Below, in pieces: positions 50,788-58,968 of a stretch of 63,013 nt of DNA. The DNA is from a virus (taxonomy: Duplodnaviria > Caudoviricetes): positions 1 through 63,013 of IMG/VR virus record IMGVR_UViG_3300037961_003042. One strand, 5' to 3'. A program made the translations under genes and the position numbers. Positions within the stretch are counted from its first letter, which is position 1, and the number at the start of each line of letters is the position of its first letter. The notes under the pieces are model-generated. The model was given only the letters and a program-made list of their open reading frames with translations, searched no databases and was not told the DNA's origin.

Positions 50788-51216
50788 ATGAAAGTAATTA
50801 AGGGGATAATATGTGTCTTGTTTTTTTGGTTATTGGCTGGTTGTAAATCGTACACTCCCGCCCCTAAAAACACTATTAAAGTTTTAGCAGTTACTCATGA
50901 AGGTGATACCATTCAGCTTGATGTTAACTCACTAAGGCCTAGAGTATATCAAAATATTTACCACACTTATCCTTACTATCATAGTTACTGGAGACCATCT
51001 CCTTATTATGGAACATGGGGTTGGGGTAATTATTATTATACAAGGCCAAGGCCAGCGGTAACTGTACCTAATATACCAAATGTAACATTACCAAACACTA
51101 AACCTACAGGCACATATAATAAACCAGCTGATGTAGGAACAGGATCCTCATTGAGTCCTAGCTTGGCTAGACCATCAAGTAACAACAGTAGTAATAGTAA
51201 TAAAAAAATAAATTAA
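50788..51216 (+). CDS. Lipoprotein (o-spanin candidate)
   Basis: Lipobox LLAG-C19; Y/W-rich segment then P/S/N-rich disordered tail. Confidence 0.6.
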   Translation: MKVIKGIICVLFFWLLAGCKSYTPAPKNTIKVLAVTHEGDTIQLDVNSLRPRVYQNIYHTYPYYHSYWRPSPYYGTWGWGNYYYTRPRPAVTVPNIPNVTLPNTKPTGTYNKPADVGTGSSLSPSLARPSSNNSSNSNKKIN

Positions 51217-51217
51217 T

Positions 51218-51676
51218 ATGAGCTCAAAAAAACCATTCAAAGACACAACTGTTGGGCAGCTTTTATTTGGCGCAGCTTCTGTAATTAATCCAACACTAGG
51301 AAATGTATTACAAGGGGTTACATCGCCAAAAGAAGCAATAGAGGCTATAACTAAATCTGAAGCCCCGGCTGACGATAAAATTAAATTACAACAATTAATC
51401 TTCGATCAGCAGAATAAAGAAATAGAAGCAATAACTTCAAGGTGGAAAGCAGACTCGATGTCTGATTCATGGATGTCGAAAAATGTACGACCACTAGTAT
51501 TAATATGGTGTATAGTAGTTTTTTCATTTGCTGGAATATTAGACAGTGTTGAAACTATACCATTTACAATACATGATAATTGGAATTCAACATTTGAGAA
51601 TGTGATGATGGCGGTCGTCTTAGCCTATTTCGGAGGAAGGTCGAGCGAAAAAGCAATGAGTATATTTAAAAAGTAA
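51218..51676 (+). CDS. Holin (GTA 3TM-holin-like)
   Basis: RWKADSMSDSWMSKNVRP...TM...YFGGRSSEK. Confidence 0.75.
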   Translation: MSSKKPFKDTTVGQLLFGAASVINPTLGNVLQGVTSPKEAIEAITKSEAPADDKIKLQQLIFDQQNKEIEAITSRWKADSMSDSWMSKNVRPLVLIWCIVVFSFAGILDSVETIPFTIHDNWNSTFENVMMAVVLAYFGGRSSEKAMSIFKK

Positions 51677-51810
51677 TGGCAAGAAAAATAATAAATCCAA
51701 TTGAGTATAAGAAAGCTAGAAAAAAAAGACCTGGCATACACGCTAAGACTAAAACTAGTAAATTAAAAAGTAGTAAATTGTATAAGAAATTATATACAGG
51801 ACAAGGATAA
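51676..51810 (+). CDS. 44-aa very basic protein (not in ORF track)
   Basis: MARKIINPIEYKKARKKRPGIHAKTKTSKLKSSKLYKKLYTGQG. Confidence 0.6.
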   Translation: MARKIINPIEYKKARKKRPGIHAKTKTSKLKSSKLYKKLYTGQG

Positions 51811-51968
51811 TGGCAAAAAAAGGAAGAACAAAAGGAAACAAAATATGTCCAGCTGGAATTGCCTGGGCAAAAAGAACATTCGATAGATACCCTTCAGCAT
51901 ACGCAAACATGGCTGCAAGTAAATATTGTAAAGATCCTAATTATGCTAAGAAAACAAAAAGAAAATAA
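51810..51968 (+). CDS. 52-aa basic protein, DUF5872 N-half-like (not in ORF track)
   Basis: ICPAGIAWAKRTFDRYPSAYANMAASKYCK. Confidence 0.6.
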   Translation: MAKKGRTKGNKICPAGIAWAKRTFDRYPSAYANMAASKYCKDPNYAKKTKRK

Positions 51969-51989
51969 ATAAACAACAACAGTGAAATT

Positions 51990-52458
51990 ATGAAAAAATT
52001 AAAATTAAGCGCTATAGAAAAACCTAAACTATTTTACAAAAAACCTAAAGATGTAAAAGAATATTTAGCGGCAATGAAAAAACAAAACGATAGTCTGAGG
52101 AGTTTACCCGTAAATGATCCATATCATTTACCAACTTTTGAAGATTCGCCAGAGGGTAGAAAAAAAAGAGATAAATTTTATACCCCTTCACCAGATAATA
52201 AAAAGCTTAAAAATATTCAGCAGCTAGGAAAAAAATTAAGAAAAAAATATTTATAACAATTAAAAATTAGAAATCATGATGAGACCACCGATGCTTAATG
52301 CAATCCAAAAAGTAAAACTGGCAATGGGTAAAAAATTGCCTAAATTGTCTATGGAATATCCTAAATTAAATAAAGGGTTTGAGGCTTTGCCTGTAAAAGC
52401 TCAAGAAAACATAATGAAAAATAAACAACCTAAATTGGGTGGTAGAAGAAAGAGGTAA
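51990..52458 (+). other. Two K/P-rich small ORFs (51990-52256, 52276-52458)
   Basis: ORF track; repeated KPKL/PKL. Confidence 0.55.
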
Positions 52459-52823
52459 TGGGTTTTAGCTTAAAAAACATTTATGAAGTTTTCGGACACA
52501 ATAAAGAGTTCTCCAATGGGGATAGAATTGTTGTGGAAAAAAAAATGTCTAAAAATGTTTTAGGACAAATAAATCCTAACGGCGTTATTGAAATTAACAA
52601 AGATGCAACGCCAGCAAATAAACGTAGAGCTGTAAAGCACGAGCAAGTACACCTTGACCAAATTAGATTGGGGTTGCTTCATTTCGATCATAATAATTAT
52701 TATTATAGAGAAAGCATCACGTCTCCAATACAGCGTATACCAAGTAGTAAAATTAATACCTATGACAGAACTCTGCCATGGGAAATACAAGCGCATAATG
52801 GGGGAATTAAAAAAATGGGTTAA
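52458..52823 (+). CDS. Small zincin-like metalloprotease
   Basis: GQINPNGVIEIN...VKHEQVHLDQ...LPWEIQAH. Confidence 0.65.
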   Translation: MGFSLKNIYEVFGHNKEFSNGDRIVVEKKMSKNVLGQINPNGVIEINKDATPANKRRAVKHEQVHLDQIRLGLLHFDHNNYYYRESITSPIQRIPSSKINTYDRTLPWEIQAHNGGIKKMG

Positions 52824-53037
52824 ACAAAAATGGGTTCGTATTGGCACTGATGGTAAAATCAAGGGGCCTTGCGGTACGTCTAAAAATAAAAAGAACCCGG
52901 ATAGATGTTTGCCATTAGCGAAAGCAAGAAGATTAAGTAAAAAACAATTAGCAGCAACAGCTAAGAAAAAAAAGAGACAAGGCAAAAAACGTCAGTTTGT
53001 TTCTAATACTAGAGCTGCAAGAGTAAGAAACGCATAA
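52798..53037 (+). CDS. Basic protein, DUF5872 C-half-like
   Basis: MGELKKWVKQKWVRIG...PCG...RCLP; ATG at 52798. Confidence 0.6.
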   Translation: MGELKKWVKQKWVRIGTDGKIKGPCGTSKNKKNPDRCLPLAKARRLSKKQLAATAKKKKRQGKKRQFVSNTRAARVRNA

Positions 53038-53038
53038 T

Positions 53039-53329
53039 ATGGCTAGTAAAAAAAACATGCCCTGCAATAAAGTAAGGCCGTCGACAAGACCAGGTAAAAA
53101 GAAAATGGTAAAAGCGTGTGAGGGTGGTAGAGAAAAACTAATTCACTTTGGAGCCAAAGGTTATGGACATAACTATTCTGCAGCAGCAAGAAAAAGCTTC
53201 AGGGCTAGACATAAATGCGGAACAGCAAAGTCAAAACTAACAGCTAGATACTGGGCGTGTAAAAAATTATGGGCCGGAAAAGGCGGTAGCACCAAGTCAA
53301 GCCCTAAAAGCAGACAAGGAAAATATTAG
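53039..53329 (+). CDS. Basic protein (DUF6321/DUF5754-like)
   Basis: KKKMVK...IHFGAKGY...RKSFRARHKC...TARYWAC. Confidence 0.65.
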   Translation: MASKKNMPCNKVRPSTRPGKKKMVKACEGGREKLIHFGAKGYGHNYSAAARKSFRARHKCGTAKSKLTARYWACKKLWAGKGGSTKSSPKSRQGKY

Positions 53330-53337
53330 TATATTTG
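53330..53337 (+). promoter_or_regulatory. -7 element before the fibre cluster
   Basis: TATATTTG. Confidence 0.55.
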
Positions 53338-53370
53338 TAAAATATTTAATAACATTTTAAAAAATAAATT

Positions 53371-53910
53371 ATGGCGATTATACCTAACTCACAAAAATTA
53401 CATACAGTATCATCTACCGTGGATACGACTGATAGGGGATCAGCAGAATTTCAATCTCAAAGAGAAGTCTATACAATGCAAGACGTTATTGATACTGTTT
53501 CTGCAGGCAGCAGTTCAACAGATTTAAAAAATTTGACAGTGACACTCTCAGCGGCTCAACTGCTCAGCTTAAATGGAGGTGCAGAAATTCAGCTTATTCC
53601 GGCACCAGGTGCAAATAAAGTAATAGTAGTGGAAAATGTTGTTCGGTTTTTAGATTTTAATTCAGTAGCATATAATTTTGCAGGAGCTTTAGGTCAAATT
53701 GTTCGATTAAAACAAGGCGCTAATACGGGAACTAATTTACCTAACAATTATTTAAATGCAGCAGCGGATAATTTGGCATCAGGTAGCGGTGGGTTAAACC
53801 CTTCAGTTAATACAAGTGTTAGTATAGAATCAACTTCTGGAATAACAGTATCGCAAGGAGATTCTCCTCTAAAGTTTTTCTTTTTGTACAGAGAGGTAAG
53901 TTTAACGTAA
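53371..53910 (+). CDS. Virion decoration/fibre protein, paralog 1
   Basis: Shared N-terminal anchor MAIIP..QK.HT...REVYTMQD. Confidence 0.6.
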   Translation: MAIIPNSQKLHTVSSTVDTTDRGSAEFQSQREVYTMQDVIDTVSAGSSSTDLKNLTVTLSAAQLLSLNGGAEIQLIPAPGANKVIVVENVVRFLDFNSVAYNFAGALGQIVRLKQGANTGTNLPNNYLNAAADNLASGSGGLNPSVNTSVSIESTSGITVSQGDSPLKFFFLYREVSLT

Positions 53911-53928
53911 TATAAAAATAAATAAATC

Positions 53929-54456
53929 ATGGCAGTAATACCAAACGGACAGAAATTTCATACAGTATCATCTACTGTAGACACAACTGACAGAGGATCT
54001 TCAGAGCTTCAATCTCAAAGAGAAGTCTATACAATGCAAGACGTTATTGATACAGTTGGTGGAACAGACTTAAAACAGACAACAGTAACATTATCAGCTG
54101 CTCAGATGCTTACTTTTAATGGAGGTGGAGAAGTTGAGATTCTTCCGGCACCAGGTGCCAATAAAATGTATGCTAGTGTTGAAGCTATGATGTTTGTAGA
54201 TTTCAATTCGGTAGTATATGATTTTGCAGGAGCTTTAGGTCAAGTTGTTCAATGGAAACAAGGGGCTTCTACAGGTTTTAGTTTAAACTTCGGAGTTTTA
54301 AATAGTGGAGCAGATGCTTTGCAAGATTTTAAATCAATAAATACAACAGCTTCATTTAATTCAAGTATTAGTATACAATCAACTGCTGGAGTTACAGTAA
54401 CGCAAGGAGATTCTCCTGTAAAGTTTTCAATTATTTATAGAGAAATAACATTTTAA
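53929..54456 (+). CDS. Virion decoration/fibre protein, paralog 2
   Basis: Full-length paralog of 53371-53910. Confidence 0.6.
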   Translation: MAVIPNGQKFHTVSSTVDTTDRGSSELQSQREVYTMQDVIDTVGGTDLKQTTVTLSAAQMLTFNGGGEVEILPAPGANKMYASVEAMMFVDFNSVVYDFAGALGQVVQWKQGASTGFSLNFGVLNSGADALQDFKSINTTASFNSSISIQSTAGVTVTQGDSPVKFSIIYREITF

Positions 54457-54466
54457 AAAATAAATT

Positions 54467-55690
54467 ATGGCTATTATTCCAGTTGGACAAAAATTTCATA
54501 CATTAACTTCATCAACAGTTACTTCAGATTTAGGATCTGCAAGAGCAAATAGCGGTAGAGAAATCTACACTATGCAGGACATTATTAATACCGTATCTGC
54601 AACCGGCGGATCAATTGATGGTTCAGGTGTACAATATGCACTACCGGTGTTTACAGATACTAACACTATAACTAACCTACCACTTGGTACAGCTGGGCAA
54701 TTTCTACAATCCCAAGGGAGCGGAGCAAATCCTACTTGGGCAGCCGTAGATTTAGCTTCTGTTGGAATAAAAACAGGTACTGCAAACACAGGTATTGGTT
54801 CAAGTGCAATGTCAGTAATTGAAGCAGGTGCAGAGCAAAACACCGCATTTGGATTTGAAGCTTTAAAATTAATTACCACTGGAGATCGAAACGTAGCGAT
54901 AGGGGCGAATGCAGGAGCAGCTATTACCACCAGCTTTAACAATATTTTAATAGGAAAAAACGCTGGGACGGCTTTTACTTCTAGTAACCTTACGGCTATA
55001 GGAACTGATGCGGCTAAAGCCCTTACCACATCTAGTCCTAACACTGCTTTAGGGTATTTTTCCATGGGCAACTCTACAAGCGGTTCTAATAACACTTGCC
55101 TAGGACATCAAACAGGGGTAAACTTATCGGGAGATCATAATATATTTATAGGCACTAGTTCAGGATATGACACCACGGGGAGTCAAAATGTTTATGTAGG
55201 TAGTTTTACTTTTGACGCTAGTAGTGGAAGTAATAATATAGTTATCGGTTATGATGCACAGCCATCAAGTGCAACCGTTTCTAATGAAATAACTTTAGGA
55301 GATGCTAATATTACAACGCTGAGATGTGCTGTTAACACTATTACGTTAATATCCGACGAAAGAGATAAAACAGATGTTGTTGATATTTCTTATGGTTTAG
55401 AGTATGTAACGTCGTTAAAACCAAGACAATGGACATGGAGCCAAAGACCTAGAACACGTGTAGTAGATCCAGTAACTAAAGAAACTGAAGTAGTAACTAG
55501 TGCTAAAAATGGAAGTAAAGACGTGGGATTTGTGGCGCAAGAATTACAGAGTGTAGATAACGAATTTTTAAGATTAGTTAACGATTCTAATCCAGAACAT
55601 TTACAGGCCTCATGGGTACAATTAATTCCAGTGTTAGTAAAAGCTATTCAAGAATTAAAAGAACAACTAGACAATAAACAAGATAAATAA
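54467..55690 (+). CDS. Fibre with shared anchor and Peptidase_S74 chaperone
   Basis: Same N-terminal anchor; NTA.G repeats; ISDERDK...VGFVAQEL...LIPVLVKAIQEL. Confidence 0.8.
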   Translation: MAIIPVGQKFHTLTSSTVTSDLGSARANSGREIYTMQDIINTVSATGGSIDGSGVQYALPVFTDTNTITNLPLGTAGQFLQSQGSGANPTWAAVDLASVGIKTGTANTGIGSSAMSVIEAGAEQNTAFGFEALKLITTGDRNVAIGANAGAAITTSFNNILIGKNAGTAFTSSNLTAIGTDAAKALTTSSPNTALGYFSMGNSTSGSNNTCLGHQTGVNLSGDHNIFIGTSSGYDTTGSQNVYVGSFTFDASSGSNNIVIGYDAQPSSATVSNEITLGDANITTLRCAVNTITLISDERDKTDVVDISYGLEYVTSLKPRQWTWSQRPRTRVVDPVTKETEVVTSAKNGSKDVGFVAQELQSVDNEFLRLVNDSNPEHLQASWVQLIPVLVKAIQELKEQLDNKQDK

Positions 55691-55708
55691 TAATTAAATA
55701 CAATCAAA

Positions 55709-55966
55709 ATGAGTGAACAAGTAAAAAAAGTAAGCGAAGAACATTTAAGTAAACTTCAAGAATTAAACCAAAATTTTGCCAATCTTCACAAGCAAGTAGG
55801 AGATTTAGAGGTAAGAAAACATCAAGTGCTAGTCGCTATAGATGGTCTTAGATCTGAATTCAAGTCTTTTGAAGCTGAGTTAATTAAAGAATACGGTGAC
55901 AACGTAGTTATTAATTTGGAGAGCGGCGAAATAAAAGACAAACCAGAAGATGGCGAAGATAAGTAA
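55709..55966 (+). CDS. Small coiled-coil protein
   Basis: 85 aa, ends LIKEYGDNVVINLESGEI. Confidence 0.55.
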   Translation: MSEQVKKVSEEHLSKLQELNQNFANLHKQVGDLEVRKHQVLVAIDGLRSEFKSFEAELIKEYGDNVVINLESGEIKDKPEDGEDK

Positions 55967-57878
55967 TTTAATAGCCTACCCTACAGTTGCGGCGCAACTA
56001 GGAGATTATGTAATAGGCACAGATACATCCAACAGCAACGAGACTGTAAACTTTACGTTGCAGTCTATTGCTGACATAATTCCAGCAGACACTCTTGCAG
56101 AGGTTTTGGCTGCAGGAAACACTGCTACTAACAACATAAATTTAACAGGCAACATTACTTTAACAGGAAATCTTTCCACATCGGGCACAATAGCTGATAG
56201 CAGTGGTGACGTAGGTGTGGCGGGACAGGTTTTATCTTCAACAGGAACAGGAACAAATTGGGTTAACAATGTTGACGGTGCGGGTACTTTAAACACTTTA
56301 GCTAAATGGACTCCTGACGGAAACACGCTTGGCGATAGTTCTATAACTGATGATGGCACAAGTGTTATTGTAGCCAACGACATATATTTACAAGGAAGCA
56401 CGATTCATATTGGTAATGCAGTAACAGATTCGGCTATTGTAAACGGGACAATGACTTTTTTACAAAATGCTAGAATTAACTCTACATTACAAGATGGAGG
56501 TGGAAACGCTGGTGGAAACGGCCAAGTGTTATCTTCTACAGTAACCGGAGTTACCTGGATAGATCAATTACCATCCGGATTAAATTTTCAAGGATCATGG
56601 GATGCAAATGCAAATAGTCCAGCTTTAGCATCAGGAGTAGGGGTTCAAGGGTATTATTACATTGTAGGAACTCCAGGAACCACAAACTTAGATGGAAATA
56701 ACAGTTGGCAAACAGGCGACTGGGCTATATTCAATGGTACAGCTTGGCAAGAAATAGATAATCAAAATATATTTTCTGGTTCAGGTACCGCAAACACTGT
56801 GACTAAATGGACTGGTGCTCAATCATTAGGAAATAGCTCCATTACAGATGACGGTACAAGTGTTGTTGTTGCTAATGATACGTATCTACAAGGAAGCACA
56901 ATTCATATAGGAAACGCTCCAACTGACTCAGCTGTTGTAAACGGGACAATGACTTTTCAACAAAACGCCAGATTTAATTCTACAATGCAAGATGTTGGTG
57001 GACAACCTGGAACCTCTGGTCAAGTATTATCTAGCACAGGAACTTCAGTTTTATGGAAAAGTGTAGTAGATGGTAGCGGAACAACACATAAAATTCCTAA
57101 GTGGGCAGATTCTGATACATTAACTGATAGCGCTTTATCTGATAATGCGGGAGCAGTTGCTCTTTCAGGAACAAGTTTTACCTCCACTACTAGTGCGAAT
57201 CAAACATTAACTTCTAATACGGGGGCAATAACTCTTTCTTCTTCTTCTGATTTGAGTATTGATAGCGCAACAGTATTGCATTTAAATCAATCAAACCCAA
57301 CTATTTCAATAAAAAACTGGGGGCCGGCAGTATTTGAAGAAAGTGCTTACTTCAAAAAAACAATATTAGACTCAACTGCAGCAGCGGGTACAGCAGGACA
57401 AATACTATCTTCTACTGGAACCGCTACTCAATGGATTAACAATTCATCGGCTTTACCGCTAGCAGATGGAACCAGAGTAGTTCAAGGCACTGTCACGTCA
57501 GCACAAATATTAAATATGTTTACTTCTCCAGTGGTTTTAATTTCTGATCCTGGAGGGAGTAAAATAATTGTAGTAGATTCGGTAGTAGTAAAATATAATT
57601 TTGTAACCTCTGATTATTCAAATATAGGATTTCCTAGTATTAAATACCGTGTAGTATCTAGCGGGCTTTTAGGAAACGGTGTAACAGGTACACTGCCAAT
57701 GTCAGGATCTCAAGATAATTGGAAAATATTTACTGACACTAATACATCAACAGTTCCAGGTTCAGAAATAGTTGTTAGTACCGCACCACAAAACCCAACA
57801 GGAGGAGACAGTACATTGTTTTATAATATTAAATACAGAATTTTAAATTCTTCTGATTTAACAATAGACTTAACCTAG
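55950..57878 (+). CDS. Tail fibre protein
   Basis: TLAEVLAAGN, repeated GQVLSSTG.G..W, LNFQGSWDA module, internal duplication. Confidence 0.8.
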   Translation: MAKISNLIAYPTVAAQLGDYVIGTDTSNSNETVNFTLQSIADIIPADTLAEVLAAGNTATNNINLTGNITLTGNLSTSGTIADSSGDVGVAGQVLSSTGTGTNWVNNVDGAGTLNTLAKWTPDGNTLGDSSITDDGTSVIVANDIYLQGSTIHIGNAVTDSAIVNGTMTFLQNARINSTLQDGGGNAGGNGQVLSSTVTGVTWIDQLPSGLNFQGSWDANANSPALASGVGVQGYYYIVGTPGTTNLDGNNSWQTGDWAIFNGTAWQEIDNQNIFSGSGTANTVTKWTGAQSLGNSSITDDGTSVVVANDTYLQGSTIHIGNAPTDSAVVNGTMTFQQNARFNSTMQDVGGQPGTSGQVLSSTGTSVLWKSVVDGSGTTHKIPKWADSDTLTDSALSDNAGAVALSGTSFTSTTSANQTLTSNTGAITLSSSSDLSIDSATVLHLNQSNPTISIKNWGPAVFEESAYFKKTILDSTAAAGTAGQILSSTGTATQWINNSSALPLADGTRVVQGTVTSAQILNMFTSPVVLISDPGGSKIIVVDSVVVKYNFVTSDYSNIGFPSIKYRVVSSGLLGNGVTGTLPMSGSQDNWKIFTDTNTSTVPGSEIVVSTAPQNPTGGDSTLFYNIKYRILNSSDLTIDLT

Positions 57879-57905
57879 GGATAGTTAAATAAAATTTAAT
57901 TTATT

Positions 57906-58130
57906 ATGGATATTAGAAAAATCTCCATAGGCGCTGACTATAAGTCAAGCTCTATGCATTACTTAGTAGGTCAGTCTATATTAAACGGAAGCTACACAAT
58001 ACATTTAATTCAACAAGACTTATCGAATAATTCAATAAAAATTTGGATTGAAAAAAATAATGAGGTATTATTATGGAAGGAATTTAATTCCAATATGCCA
58101 ATGGCTATTGAATATAATATAAACTTTTAA
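57906..58130 (+). CDS. Conserved hypothetical protein
   Basis: MDIRKISIGADYKS..MHY.VGQ; TAATG-coupled to the next gene. Confidence 0.6.
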   Translation: MDIRKISIGADYKSSSMHYLVGQSILNGSYTIHLIQQDLSNNSIKIWIEKNNEVLLWKEFNSNMPMAIEYNINF

Positions 58131-58693
58131 TGAAGTCTCCACACTATTTTATTGTAAAACCTGTTAAGGGTAGAAGATATGATAATATAAAAAACATAGG
58201 AGGAATTGATTTTTACACAAGTGTTTCTCAAGAAGATCATACCGCATCCAATAGATTTGCAGAGGTTGTCAGTTGTCCTCTAAATTACATTGGTGAAATA
58301 CAAGCCGGAGACATATTGCTAGTACACCATAATGTATTTAAAATATATTATGACATGAAAGGTCGAGAAAAAAGCGGTAGAAGTTTTTTTAAAGATGACT
58401 TATTCTTTATTGATTACGATCAATTTTACATGTACTATCATAAGGGTAAATGGCAAACACACTCTAAGTATTGCTTTATAAAACCGGTTCCAGTAAGAAA
58501 ATCAATTATTATGAAACCTGTTGAGGAAGAGCCCCTTGTTGGTATAGTAAAATACACCAATCCAAAACTAACCGAACTAGGTGTAAAAGAAAATGACGAG
58601 GTGGTTTTTGAGCCTGAATGTGAATATCCATTTTATATAAATGGAGAAAAGCTTTACAGAATGTTTTGGAATAACATAACAATGGTATTATGA
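58130..58693 (+). CDS. Tandem GroES-like protein
   Basis: Two repeats of F(I)VKP...G/A.V....(L)G(I/V)..GD.V.(V/F) GroES-like pattern. Confidence 0.5.
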   Translation: MKSPHYFIVKPVKGRRYDNIKNIGGIDFYTSVSQEDHTASNRFAEVVSCPLNYIGEIQAGDILLVHHNVFKIYYDMKGREKSGRSFFKDDLFFIDYDQFYMYYHKGKWQTHSKYCFIKPVPVRKSIIMKPVEEEPLVGIVKYTNPKLTELGVKENDEVVFEPECEYPFYINGEKLYRMFWNNITMVL

Positions 58694-58968
58694 AATCTTC
58701 AAAAGATTTAAAGATAGAAATAATTAGCGCAGGTAGAGAAGCTGTAGCGCAACTAATAAAAGTTGCAAAGGAAGATATTATCAAGTATGACAAAGATGAT
58801 GAGTTGGCGGCAGACAGATTAAAAAATGCAGCGGCTACAAAAAAGCTAGCTATATTTGATGCGTTTGAAATACTGACAAGAATAGAATTAGAAAAAGATT
58901 TGTTAAACGGAGTTGAAAAAGTAGAAGAAAAATCAAGACAAGGATTTGCAGAAAGACGATCAAAATAA
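58690..58968 (+). CDS. Helical protein before terminase (small terminase candidate)
   Basis: 92 aa; position only. Confidence 0.4.
   Translation: MKSSKDLKIEIISAGREAVAQLIKVAKEDIIKYDKDDELAADRLKNAAATKKLAIFDAFEILTRIELEKDLLNGVEKVEEKSRQGFAERRSK

Noticed and set aside
53371-54456. Diversity-generating retroelement TR/VR pair
   Set aside because: No reverse transcriptase in the genome, differences are not adenine-specific, and both copies are intact paralogous genes.
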